Positions 46,930 through 55,871 of a stretch of DNA of 64,000 bases are shown piece by piece. Every line of letters starts with the position of its first letter. The stretch's first letter is position 1. The DNA is from Spirochaetaceae bacterium (GTDB lineage: Bacteria; Spirochaetota; Spirochaetia; DSM-27196; PWMO01), in assembly GCA_046541715.1 (NCBI GenBank), contig JBKHCS010000001.1, positions 34,496 to 98,495 on the forward strand, in the 5' to 3' direction. Below the pieces are notes generated by a model. It made no database searches, had not been told where the DNA came from, and saw only the letters and a list, made by a program, of their open reading frames with translations. A program made the position numbers and the translations under genes.

Positions 46930-48462
46930 TTACCAAATCAGCGCAGGATGATCCTCCGGCCCCTCGAGAAAGCTGCGATGCGCCAGAGCTTCCAGAACGT
47001 CCTCCGGTGCGATAGCACGGCGCCCGCCGATATCCGCTATGGTTCGAGCTACCTGGATAGTCTGCGTCTCTCCTCTCCGGGAGAGGCCAAAGTGCTCGAC
47101 GCCCCGGGCCAACACCCGTCGGCATCCTTCGGAAAGCTCTCGGGAGGTATCGAGACCTTCGAGATTGCGTCGCCTCCGGATCTCTCCGCCCCGTGCTACG
47201 GTCTGCCGTGCTTCCGAGATGCCCTTCGGGTTCTCGATGGATTCTCCCGGTTCGAGAGCCTGAAACGGCAGTCGAAGGGGAATGCGGTCGAGGAGCGGCC
47301 CTCCGAGGCGTCTCCAGTACCGGGAGACTTCGTCATAGGAGCAGCTGCACCGACTTCCCGGCTTTCCAAGGTTCCCGCAGGGACACCCGTTGCACGCCAG
47401 AATGAGGTGGAAGTCCGCCGGGTACCAAAAGGTCCGACCGGCCCGGGACAGATAGACCCTCCGACGCTCCATGGGCTCCCGAAGCCCCTGGAGGACGTTC
47501 TTCTTGAACTCGAGAGCCTCGTCCAAGAAGAGCGTTCCCAAGTGAGCAAGAGAAATTTCTCCCGGCAGGATCTTCGCGCCTCCACCGACGATTCCCTCGG
47601 GAGAGGCCGTGGGGTGGGGAGCCCGAAAGGGGGGCCACCGGATCAGGTGCTGATCCGGCGACAGAACACCGGCTTGAGAGTGAATCCGGGTTACTTCAAG
47701 AGCTTGCGACCGGTCGAGGGGGGGCAGAAGTGACGGGAGGCTCCGGGCCAGAACGGTCTTTCCGGTACCCGGTGGCCCCGATAGAAGAAGGTGGTGCCTT
47801 CCGGTAGCAGCAATAACGAGCATACGCAAGCCTCGGGGGTTCTCCGAGAGCTTCTCGAAGGGAAGAGCCGGTTCCGGTTGCTCGTCCCAAAAGCGATGGA
47901 TTCCGGAGTCGGGTGCACCGGTTCTCCCGGCGGTCCGGATTCCGCTTCCCGATAACGCGTCGACTACCTCCCGGAGGTGCCGACCGTGGATAAGGCCTTC
48001 GTCGAACACCGACGAGGCTTCGATGCGGTTGGCCTCCGGGACGACGACGATCCGAACACCCCGCGCCTTCGCCGCAGACACCGCGGCAATGACCCCCGAA
48101 ACCCGTCTGAGGCTCCCGTCGAGTCCTAACTCGCCTACCGCCAGAAGACGTCCCGGAGACCTCCCCGGCAGTTGGCCGGAAGCCGAAAGAATGGCGATAG
48201 CGATCGCCAAATCGAACCCGGCGCCGACCTTCGGCAGGTCCGCGGGTGAAAGGTTGACGAGAATCCGGTCCTGGGGGTATTCGTAGCCGCTGTTCTTCAG
48301 GGCGACCCGGACCCGCTCCCGGGCCTCTCTGACCGGGGGGCCTGCCATTCCGACTATTTCGGTGCCGGGTATTCCCCGCCGGATGTCGACCTCTACAGAA
48401 ACGGTGATACCGTCGAACCCGAGGGGTACGTAGCCGAGTACAGTCATGGCGCCTCTCTTCAA
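46930..48462 (-). CDS. comM: YifB/ComM-family Mg-chelatase-like AAA+ protein
   Basis: 510 aa with an N-terminal Lon-protease-like domain, GPPGTGKT and a C-terminal ChlI domain. Confidence 0.9.
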   Translation of the reverse strand: MKRGAMTVLGYVPLGFDGITVSVEVDIRRGIPGTEIVGMAGPPVREARERVRVALKNSGYEYPQDRILVNLSPADLPKVGAGFDLAIAIAILSASGQLPGRSPGRLLAVGELGLDGSLRRVSGVIAAVSAAKARGVRIVVVPEANRIEASSVFDEGLIHGRHLREVVDALSGSGIRTAGRTGAPDSGIHRFWDEQPEPALPFEKLSENPRGLRMLVIAATGRHHLLLSGPPGTGKTVLARSLPSLLPPLDRSQALEVTRIHSQAGVLSPDQHLIRWPPFRAPHPTASPEGIVGGGAKILPGEISLAHLGTLFLDEALEFKKNVLQGLREPMERRRVYLSRAGRTFWYPADFHLILACNGCPCGNLGKPGSRCSCSYDEVSRYWRRLGGPLLDRIPLRLPFQALEPGESIENPKGISEARQTVARGGEIRRRRNLEGLDTSRELSEGCRRVLARGVEHFGLSRRGETQTIQVARTIADIGGRRAIAPEDVLEALAHRSFLEGPEDHPALIW

Positions 48463-48508
48463 AAGAAAGGACCGACCCAGAGTTTCCCGTGCTTCAAAGA
48501 GACAAAAA

Positions 48509-48982
48509 CTATCTCGAGAGCTTGGCTATCTCTTTCTGGACAAGGTCATGGCAACGCTCGTTCTCTTCGTGGCCGGCGTGTCCCGCCACCCAGGCCCACC
48601 GGATGGAGACCCCTTCCGTCTCGCTATCGAGGGCAATCCAGAGATCCTGGTTCTTGACCGGCTGCCTATTCGCCGTCCTCCAGCCGTTCTTCTTCCAGGT
48701 GTGTATCCAGGCGGTGATTCCCTGCTGTACGTACCGAGAGTCCGTGGAGATATCGGCTGTCTCGACGCCGGCCTCCTTCGCCGCCCGAATTCCTTCGATA
48801 ACGGCGGTAAGCTCCATCCGGTTGTTGGTCGTCGGAGAACTCCCGCCGGAGGCAACGATCTCTCTGCCGGGGACGCGAACGATGCACGCCCAGCCACCGG
48901 GACCCGGATTACCCCAACAACCGCCGTCGGTGTAGACCTTCGCGGCGTTGTCGGTATTGTTGACAGGTTTGTTCGCAGCCAC
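48509..48982 (-). CDS. rnhA: Ribonuclease HI
   Basis: YTDGGC, NNRMEL, TDS.Y and WVAGHAGHEENE motifs. Confidence 0.9.
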   Translation of the reverse strand: MAANKPVNNTDNAAKVYTDGGCWGNPGPGGWACIVRVPGREIVASGGSSPTTNNRMELTAVIEGIRAAKEAGVETADISTDSRYVQQGITAWIHTWKKNGWRTANRQPVKNQDLWIALDSETEGVSIRWAWVAGHAGHEENERCHDLVQKEIAKLSR

Positions 48983-49027
48983 GTATAGTGCGAACGATAT
49001 AAAAAACTATCGAAAAAAGGAAGTCCC

Positions 49028-49585
49028 ATGGCGTTCCTCGAAGACTACGCCGACTTACTGCGCGCGCCCCTCTTTAGGACCGAAGAATCGGGAAACCATC
49101 CCGTTCGTATCGCCTCGATCTCGGATTTTCCCTCCTACGGCTACCTGCCGACCCCCTCCCGGAGAGTCCTCCTGGGAGAACGTTACCACGAAGCGCGTCG
49201 CTACCGACTCCAACCCCACGACGTGCTGGTTACGATCGTCGGTACGGTCGGTAGAGTGGCGGTGGTCGCGGATCACCTTTCGGAAGACTGGGTTCCCGCG
49301 ACGAACATCGTCATTCTCCGCCCTCGGGAGCCGACGGTTGGCATTGCCGCGGCTCTGTACCTGTTTTTCCGGTCCGATTCCGGCCGGCGTGCCTTCGACG
49401 GGCTCGTTCACGGAAAATCGATCCGTCTGGTATCGAAAAAAGCCCTGGCAAAGATACCGATCCCGACGTTGACGGTAAAGATTCTCAAGGAGTCGGGGGA
49501 GCTCTTTCGGGCGGAGATAGATCTCTACGAGCGCTACCTCCGGGCGCAGAAAGAGATGGTCTCTCGAATAGGGGATCTTTTCTAG
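49028..49585 (+). CDS. Half-size type I R-M specificity-subunit (HsdS)-like protein, single target-recognition domain
   Basis: The pattern L.PHDVLVTIVGTVGRVAVV...NIVILRP...YLFFRS......G.....I....L..IPIP followed by a coiled-coil tail resembles one HsdS TRD plus its conserved helix. No hsdM or hsdR is in the window. Confidence 0.5.
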   Translation: MAFLEDYADLLRAPLFRTEESGNHPVRIASISDFPSYGYLPTPSRRVLLGERYHEARRYRLQPHDVLVTIVGTVGRVAVVADHLSEDWVPATNIVILRPREPTVGIAAALYLFFRSDSGRRAFDGLVHGKSIRLVSKKALAKIPIPTLTVKILKESGELFRAEIDLYERYLRAQKEMVSRIGDLF

Positions 49586-50175
49586 GAGGCGACGACGGTA
49601 AAGTCGTTCTTTAGATAACCGTCTATTATTTCGACCCGGGGGAAGAAGTCGGAGAAGATCGAGCCTACGGTCTCCGGAGAGTAGTAGTAGTACGGTTCTT
49701 CCTTATCCGGAGATGACTCGCTCAAGAAATTGGCGACGCACAAGCGTTCCGTGATTGCCCCGAAGCGTTCGGCCGCCCGGGTAACGAGGCCAAGATTGTC
49801 CGGCGTTCGCAGGTTAAAAATCCCCGAAGCGTAGACGACGTCGAACCGCTCGGACCAGCTCTCGTCGGAGAGAAGGTCGATGCACTCAAAGCGCGCGCCG
49901 GGAAAGCGTCTTCGCGCCCGGTCGACCATTTGGGGCAGAATATCCACTCCCGTGTAGACCACCGGCTCCTGATTCTCCCTCAGAAAGCCGAAGAGGTCCC
50001 CGAGGCCGGCTCCGACGTCGAGGAGGGAATAGCGCTCCTTCGGCGTTACCTGCAGGAGCACTGAGAACCGTGCCGCCTGAGCCTCGGCGCTTTCCCAGCC
50101 AAGTGCTTCGTGCGTTTCGCGGTTGCGATCTAGACGCCCGAGGTAGTACGCGGAGATTCTGTCGTTGTCACTCAT
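49582..50175 (-). CDS. Class I SAM-dependent methyltransferase (small-molecule/RNA type)
   Basis: SAM motif I LLDVGAGLGD and post-I VDIL. No (D/N)PP(Y/F) DNA-methylase motif. Confidence 0.75.
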   Translation of the reverse strand: MSDNDRISAYYLGRLDRNRETHEALGWESAEAQAARFSVLLQVTPKERYSLLDVGAGLGDLFGFLRENQEPVVYTGVDILPQMVDRARRRFPGARFECIDLLSDESWSERFDVVYASGIFNLRTPDNLGLVTRAAERFGAITERLCVANFLSESSPDKEEPYYYYSPETVGSIFSDFFPRVEIIDGYLKNDFTVVAS

Positions 50176-50180
50176 GGGCG

Positions 50181-53171
50181 TTACGCCAAAGAGGTGTGCT
50201 TAACCTGGAGTCCGACGACATCGAAGAAGGACTCGAGGCTTTCGATTCCCTCCCGGGCGCTCAAAAAGAGGAACGCCTCCTCGCCCCGGAATCGAATCGG
50301 ACAGATGACAACCCGGCCGATGTAGGAGAATAGCGAATCCGAGCAGACCCCGTGGAAGTCGGCGTAGTGGTGGAGCGGATGTCGGAAGAGAATCGCTTTC
50401 TGTTTCCCGAGTATCTCCCGGTAGAGGAAGGAATCGACGGGAACTCGGAGTTCCGCAGCACAGGCATCGTCTATTCCAAGGGTATAGGCGGCGACGCAGG
50501 TGGTCTCCTTCTTGAGAAAGATCGACGCCGCCCTTGCTTTTACGATTCGTGTAAAGGTGACCAAGCTCTTGAAGACACCGCTTTCGTTTTGCTTATAACC
50601 GGCTAAGAAGCGGTCGTAGTCGAGTCCCTGCTCCGTCAGGAGCATCCGGCTCTGATAGGTCCCCTCCTCCCTCACCTTGTCGTCCGGCGAATCCTGATCG
50701 GCCCCCGCGTCGGATATCGGAAAGAGGTCGAGCCCCACTCGGGAAGAAAGAAGCTCGTCGATTCCGGACCCGCTTTCCTCTTCGTCACCCCTGCCGGTTA
50801 CCGAGTCGACGAGGCGTTTCATTTCTCCCGGTTTCGCTTCTTCATGCTGCAGATAGGCCGACGAATCGATCTGATAGAAGCCGTTCTCGTCACGAATCAC
50901 GTTCCCCCCTGTTTCGTGAGACAACACAAGCTCCTTTAGAGACATCACGTCGACGTGGGGAGAGGTCTCGAGATCGAGAGATTGAAGGTCGATGGTGCCT
51001 CGCGGAGGCGACACCGGAACGGCGTTTCCACGGGAAGACGGCGAGGTCTCTTCAACCTCCTCCGCCTCAAGAAGAGCCGTTTCCGCCTCTTCCATCTCTT
51101 CAATGTCCTCCGAGAAGTCGTGATCCGCAACCGAAAGCTCCTCTATTCCCTCGTCCGTCAACGTGGATTCGTCTTCTCCGGAAGGAGGGGAGAACCCGAA
51201 AAGAGTGGAACCGAACAGAAAACCACCGCCCGAGGTAGTCGGCATTAACTCTCCCTCGCCGGCACCCTCCTCCTCTTCGGTGAGCTCCTCAAACTCGTCC
51301 TCTTCCGGTGCCGGTTTGTCCATCTCTTCCAGAAAACCGACCGTCTCCTCAGGTTCCATCTCTAGCGCTTCGTCGACGGGCTCGAGAAACGCTCCCTCGT
51401 CCTCCTCGGCCTCTTCGAATTCTTCGATACCGCTCTCTGAAGGGAGCGCCCCAGCTTCCTCTAGGCCCTCTACCCGTTCGAGCACTCCCTTGTGGTCTCC
51501 TACCGAAGCGAAGCTCTCTTCGGCGTCCTCGGTCCCGCCGGATTCCCATTCCTCTTCTATTCCGGCAAACTCGGCTTCGAAGGCGTCTATTTCCAGAAGA
51601 GCGTCGATCGCTTCGACGGGCTCAAGGGGCTCCTCGGCCTCCGGCGCTTCGACGACCTCTTCGACTTCCGCTATCTCCTCAAGCTCCTCAACCGCCTCGA
51701 CTTCGGATACTTCCTCGGCCTCGAGCAGCTCTTCGGCTTCAGGGACTTCCTCGATCTCCTCAACCTCTTCAATTTCAGAGACTTCTTCAGAGACTTCTTC
51801 CAGGGGTTCGGCCTCCGGGACGGGCTCGGGGCTGGTCGGGCCCGGGGTTCGGGAGCCCGTAGTGTGGGTTGTTGCCTCAGTGGCCGGCCGCCCGGCCTGG
51901 GGGAGGGACTGAAGATTGTTTACCACCTGCTGGACGATGCTCTCCAAACGGGCGATATCGGTGGGTGCGGTCTCGATTCGAGCCCGGCTGCCGATAACTC
52001 CAATGATCTCGTCCCAACTCCTGGAGATTAGCTCGTCCACCTCCGGCTCTCGCTCTTTCGGAAGTCGACCGATTCCTCTCTTTATTTCGGCGGTAAGCTC
52101 TTCCCGGCGGTTCGCGATCTCCTGCTGCCACGCTTCCCAGCTGACCTTTTCTCCGGCCTCGAAATAATGCCGCAGGAGGTTTATCTGGAAACGCTTGATC
52201 CGCTCCGATACAACCAAAACCGGGTCTTGCCGGACGTTTAGGAGCAGGAATACCAGCAAGAAACTCGAAAGGATCACCGATGCCAGGAGAATGACCCGCA
52301 TGCCTGTCGTCATCTGGAACGCCGATTCCGGTGCTAACCACAAGTACCAAATACCTTCCGCCCCGGCGGTGGCAAAGACAACGTGGCGTATTGCCTCCTC
52401 AAGGAGTACGGTGGGAAAGGTAAACTCGGAAGAGGTAATCTCCGCCCAACCTTCGCCGATAGCGTTTCGAAGGGTTTCCGCCTGCCCCTGGGGCCCATTG
52501 AGAACCAGGGCGTCATTCCTGACTACAACTGCCCTGTCCGAAGGGAGCAGAACCCCCTCTCGCGTAAGGCGGTTTTCTATACCTTGGGTTCCGAAAAAGA
52601 AGAGTGCCGTCCCTTGGGGCGTGTCGAACTCGTCGACGAACGCTAAGCGATAGACGACGAGGTTCTGCTCGGGGATAAGCTCGACCTCGGGAAGTGCCGG
52701 AGGCTCCGGAGGGACCAACCCGACAACGCCCTCCGGAAGCTCCGCTACCGGAAGGTACTCTCGACGAAAGGCATTCTGCTCTCGTATGTCCTCTTCTTCC
52801 GAGCTGTAGATAAGCTGCTCCCCACCATCGACAAAGATACGCATCGACGAAAAGGCGGCCGATTCAGCCTCGAGAAGGCCAACCAGGTTCTGCCTTGCCA
52901 GAATATCTTCCCTGCTCTGGTTGGTACGGACGAGGCGGCGAATAGCCGAGCTCTCGAGAACGGCGGCGACATTCTGGATGGTAGCTTGGTGATATCGCTC
53001 GACAACGCTTTCGGCGGTGGACAGCCGGCTTTCGAACCGTTGCCGGACCCGAGGATCGAAAAAGGTGGTCTCTATGTAGTCGAACAGCCCGGAAAACGCA
53101 AGGACGGAAAAAGCTCCAAACACCAGTACTGAGATAAGCAGACTGAGAGCAATTTTCTGAGATGTCTTCAT
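50181..53171 (-). CDS. Large membrane protein: TM, ~260-aa extracytoplasmic domain, TM, coiled region, ~260-aa poly-acidic region, GAF-like C-terminal domain
   Basis: 996-aa ORF with two hydrophobic segments (aa ~8-27 and ~290-312). An E/V/A-rich low-complexity block is encoded around 51040-51830. No family recognised with confidence. Confidence 0.6.
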   Translation of the reverse strand: MKTSQKIALSLLISVLVFGAFSVLAFSGLFDYIETTFFDPRVRQRFESRLSTAESVVERYHQATIQNVAAVLESSAIRRLVRTNQSREDILARQNLVGLLEAESAAFSSMRIFVDGGEQLIYSSEEEDIREQNAFRREYLPVAELPEGVVGLVPPEPPALPEVELIPEQNLVVYRLAFVDEFDTPQGTALFFFGTQGIENRLTREGVLLPSDRAVVVRNDALVLNGPQGQAETLRNAIGEGWAEITSSEFTFPTVLLEEAIRHVVFATAGAEGIWYLWLAPESAFQMTTGMRVILLASVILSSFLLVFLLLNVRQDPVLVVSERIKRFQINLLRHYFEAGEKVSWEAWQQEIANRREELTAEIKRGIGRLPKEREPEVDELISRSWDEIIGVIGSRARIETAPTDIARLESIVQQVVNNLQSLPQAGRPATEATTHTTGSRTPGPTSPEPVPEAEPLEEVSEEVSEIEEVEEIEEVPEAEELLEAEEVSEVEAVEELEEIAEVEEVVEAPEAEEPLEPVEAIDALLEIDAFEAEFAGIEEEWESGGTEDAEESFASVGDHKGVLERVEGLEEAGALPSESGIEEFEEAEEDEGAFLEPVDEALEMEPEETVGFLEEMDKPAPEEDEFEELTEEEEGAGEGELMPTTSGGGFLFGSTLFGFSPPSGEDESTLTDEGIEELSVADHDFSEDIEEMEEAETALLEAEEVEETSPSSRGNAVPVSPPRGTIDLQSLDLETSPHVDVMSLKELVLSHETGGNVIRDENGFYQIDSSAYLQHEEAKPGEMKRLVDSVTGRGDEEESGSGIDELLSSRVGLDLFPISDAGADQDSPDDKVREEGTYQSRMLLTEQGLDYDRFLAGYKQNESGVFKSLVTFTRIVKARAASIFLKKETTCVAAYTLGIDDACAAELRVPVDSFLYREILGKQKAILFRHPLHHYADFHGVCSDSLFSYIGRVVICPIRFRGEEAFLFLSAREGIESLESFFDVVGLQVKHTSLA

Positions 53172-53228
53172 GCGAAGCGAAATCCCCTACACATAGAGTC
53201 CCGGTACTAGTATCGGCATAAACCGACC

Positions 53229-53248
53229 GGGACTCCAAGGGGAGTCCC
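53229..53248 (-). terminator. Hairpin after rplQ (possible partial terminator)
   Basis: Minus strand reads GGGACTCC-CCTT-GGAGTCCC, starting at the rplQ stop codon. Only a weak T-tract follows (GGTCGGTTTAT). Confidence 0.4.
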
Positions 53249-53904
53249 TACTCGCTTTTCTCCTCTTCCGGATTATCGGCGGCCTGCTCCTCCGGGACTA
53301 CCGCCGGTTCCACCGGTGCGTCCTCCGACGCTTTTTCGGTGCCGGCCTTGCCTTTGGCGGGCTTCTTCGTCTCGGATTTCTTGCCGCCGCTCTTCCGGGT
53401 CTCGGCCTTTTCGGTTTCCGCCTCGGCTTCCTCTGCCGCGGCTTCCTCCGCGGCAGCAGCCTCTTCAGCGGCTAATCTCTCAGCCTCTTTCCTCTCGGCC
53501 TTCGCGCGCTTACGGCTTACCTTTGCCTGGGACTCCTGGTCCGCACCGGGGCGCTCGACGAATTCGAGAAGCACCATTTCGCTTGCGTCCGATTTTCTCG
53601 GACCGAGCTTGAGAATTCGGGTGTATCCTCCCGGACGGTTCACAAACCGAGGGCCGATTTCCGTGAACAGCTTTGCGAGCGCCTTCTCATCCTTGATATC
53701 CCGTGCAACCATCCGACGGTTGTGCACCGAGTCAACTTTGGCGCGGGTTACCATCTTTTCCACAATCCGACGGACCGCCAAGGCCTTTGCCTTGGTGGTC
53801 TTGATCCGCTCGTGGAGAATTACGGATGTGGCCATGTTGCGCCGGAGGGCCCGGCGGTGACTGGTCTTCCGACCGAGTCTGTTATAGCCAACCTTATGCT
53901 TCAT
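53248..53904 (-). CDS. rplQ: 50S ribosomal protein L17 with long charged C-terminal extension
   Basis: N-terminal MKHKVGYNRLGRKTSHRRAL... L17 core (~120 aa) plus a ~95-aa A/E/K-rich tail. Confidence 0.9.
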   Translation of the reverse strand: MKHKVGYNRLGRKTSHRRALRRNMATSVILHERIKTTKAKALAVRRIVEKMVTRAKVDSVHNRRMVARDIKDEKALAKLFTEIGPRFVNRPGGYTRILKLGPRKSDASEMVLLEFVERPGADQESQAKVSRKRAKAERKEAERLAAEEAAAAEEAAAEEAEAETEKAETRKSGGKKSETKKPAKGKAGTEKASEDAPVEPAVVPEEQAADNPEEEKSE

Positions 53905-54964
53905 CCTCGGCTTCCCCTTTCTCTTCTTCCGCTTCCTGGCGCACCCGCAGCGCGTTCTTCAGCTGACTGTAGTCCGTCATGCCGAGGCTGAGGTTCCATT
54001 CATGGAGTTTTTCCTTGATTTCCTGTAGCGACTTCTTCCCGAAGTTCCGGGTCTTGGCAATATCCTCCTCCGTGCGAGAAGTAAGGTCGCCAATGCTGCG
54101 AATATTCGCGTTCTTCAAACAGTTGCTCGACCGGACGGAAAGCTCGAGTTCCTCTACCGGGGTGTCGAGAAGCTTCTTAATCCGCTCCTCTTCCTCGTCT
54201 ATGTCGTCGTCCCCGAGAATATCGTCCTCGTCGAAATTGATAAAGACCGTAAAATGGTCCTTGGCGATCTTTGCCGCTTCCGCAAGGGCGTCCTCGGGCC
54301 GGATCGTACCATCGGTCCAGAGCTCGAATACCAATTTGTCGTAATCGGTTCGCTGGCCGACCCGGGTGTTCTCGACTGCGTACTTAACCCGTCGAATGGG
54401 GGAAAAGATCGCATCGATGGCGATGGTTCCGATTACTTCGACGTACTTTTCGTTGAGCTCCGCAGGGGTGTAGCCCCGCCCGAGATCGATCTGGATCTCG
54501 AGCTCCAGGTGACCATCCTCCATAAGAGTGAGAATGTGATGGTCCTTGTTGACGATTCGAACCGAGTCATCGGTCTGGAGGGCCTTCGCGGTGACATCTC
54601 CGGGACCCTTCAGCTCGACAAGGAGCGTCCTCTGCTCTACGTCGCCCTCCAAGGCTATCTGAATCTGCTTCAGATTGTTGATCACGTCCGGAGTGTCTTC
54701 GACAACCGCCGGGATCGATTCGTACTCGCTCGACAACACGTGGGCGTTCCCCTCGGCGTCGTAGCTGGTAATACGAAGGGCCGAGACGGCGTACCCCTGG
54801 ATCGACGAAAGCAGTATCCGCCGAAGGGTATTCCCGATGGTGTGTCCGTATCCCCGCTCGAACGGCTGGGCGACAAACTTTCCGTAATTCGGCGTTACTT
54901 CGCTATGTTCAAAGGTTATACCCTTTGGTTTCTTGAATCCCTTTAAGAGGTTCTTTCTTGCCAT
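53894..54964 (-). CDS. rpoA: DNA-directed RNA polymerase alpha subunit
   Basis: 356 aa with NTD (GNTLRRILLSS) and CTD (LELSVRSSNCLKNANI). Confidence 0.95.
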   Translation of the reverse strand: MARKNLLKGFKKPKGITFEHSEVTPNYGKFVAQPFERGYGHTIGNTLRRILLSSIQGYAVSALRITSYDAEGNAHVLSSEYESIPAVVEDTPDVINNLKQIQIALEGDVEQRTLLVELKGPGDVTAKALQTDDSVRIVNKDHHILTLMEDGHLELEIQIDLGRGYTPAELNEKYVEVIGTIAIDAIFSPIRRVKYAVENTRVGQRTDYDKLVFELWTDGTIRPEDALAEAAKIAKDHFTVFINFDEDDILGDDDIDEEEERIKKLLDTPVEELELSVRSSNCLKNANIRSIGDLTSRTEEDIAKTRNFGKKSLQEIKEKLHEWNLSLGMTDYSQLKNALRVRQEAEEEKGEAEDEA

Positions 54965-54978
54965 GCCCCCTCCTTAAA

Positions 54979-55359
54979 CTATACGCGGCGGCTCTTTCGG
55001 GGACGGCATCCATTGTGGGGAATCGGTGTGACGTCCTTGATTGTCTTGACCCGGAGTCCCAACGCTCCCAGTGAGCGGATAGCCGATTCACGGCCGACTC
55101 CGGGACCCTTAACGTAGACATGCACTTCCTTCAGGCCGACATCCATCGCCTTTTGGGCGGCGGTTTCTGCGGTAGTCTGAGCGGCGTAGGGGGTCGACTT
55201 CTTCGCGCCGCGAAAACCGAGTGACCCTGCGCTGGACCAGGAAATGCCGTTCCCGTTCAAATCCGTGATGGTAACGATGGTGTTGTTGAAGGTCGCCTGG
55301 ATATAGACGTTCCCCTCGAATACCGACTTCTTTTCTCTTTTCTTTCGAGTCTTAGCCAC
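54979..55359 (-). CDS. rpsK: 30S ribosomal protein S11
   Basis: Start set at GTG 55359 ([11 protein letters not shown]...), 7 nt after AGGAG. The ORF-track start overlaps rpsM. Confidence 0.9.
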   Translation of the reverse strand: MAKTRKKREKKSVFEGNVYIQATFNNTIVTITDLNGNGISWSSAGSLGFRGAKKSTPYAAQTTAETAAQKAMDVGLKEVHVYVKGPGVGRESAIRSLGALGLRVKTIKDVTPIPHNGCRPRKSRRV

Positions 55360-55369
55360 TCTTGCGCTC

Positions 55370-55735
55370 CTACCGCTTCTTACCGGCGACGGTCTTTCGC
55401 TTACCCTTTCGACCGCGGGCGTTGGTTCGTGTCCGCTGCCCCCGCACCGGGAGTCCCCGACGATGCCGGAGCCCACGGTAGCAGCCGATATCCATCAGCC
55501 GCTTGATATTCAACGACACCTGGGTCCGAAGACGACCCTCGACGGTGTAGTCGTTTTCTATCACGTTACGCAGCTTGTTGATGTCTTCCGCACTCAGGTC
55601 GTTCATCCGGGCGTCCGGATCGAGTCCGGTCTTCCGGCAAATTTCCTGCGCCGACGAGCGCCCAATCCCGTAGATGTAGGTCAGGGCAATATCGACATGC
55701 TTGTTCGGAAGGTCAATACCTGCAATTCGTGCCAT
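55370..55735 (-). CDS. rpsM: 30S ribosomal protein S13
   Basis: [10 protein letters not shown]... 121 aa. Confidence 0.95.
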   Translation of the reverse strand: MARIAGIDLPNKHVDIALTYIYGIGRSSAQEICRKTGLDPDARMNDLSAEDINKLRNVIENDYTVEGRLRTQVSLNIKRLMDIGCYRGLRHRRGLPVRGQRTRTNARGRKGKRKTVAGKKR

Positions 55736-55744
55736 GGATGCCTC

Positions 55745-55858
55745 CTAACGCTGCCGCTGCTTGTGTTTCGGGTTGGTACAGATCACCCTGACCACACCAT
55801 TCCTGCGGATAATCTTACAGTTCGCACAAATCTTCTTTACGCTAACACGTACTTTCAT
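55745..55858 (-). CDS. rpmJ: 50S ribosomal protein L36
   Basis: Not in the ORF track (37 aa). Manual translation gives [37 protein letters not shown], stop TAG. Confidence 0.9.
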   Translation of the reverse strand: MKVRVSVKKICANCKIIRRNGVVRVICTNPKHKQRQR

Positions 55859-55871
55859 TTTCTACCTCTCA

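Noticed and set aside
45580-47733. 717-aa plus-strand ORF
   Set aside because: It is antisense to both htrA and comM, which have unmistakable motifs ([16 protein letters not shown]). Its composition is typical of stop-free antisense frames in GC-rich DNA.
49028-50175. HsdS-like gene plus adjacent methyltransferase considered as a minimal R-M or defence system
   Set aside because: The methyltransferase lacks a DNA-methylase catalytic motif, the genes are convergent, and no nuclease is present. Only the orphan HsdS-like gene is retained as a finding.
51040-51830. Repetitive GAG/GAA/GTC-rich stretch considered as a CRISPR array or tandem-repeat locus
   Set aside because: There is no regular repeat-spacer periodicity. 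It stays in frame within a long ORF and encodes an E/V/A-rich protein segment.
51163-51912. 249-aa Ser-rich plus-strand ORF
   Set aside because: It is the mirror image of the GAG/GAA-rich acidic tract of the 996-aa minus-strand gene (CTC/TTC codons). It is low-complexity with no independent support.
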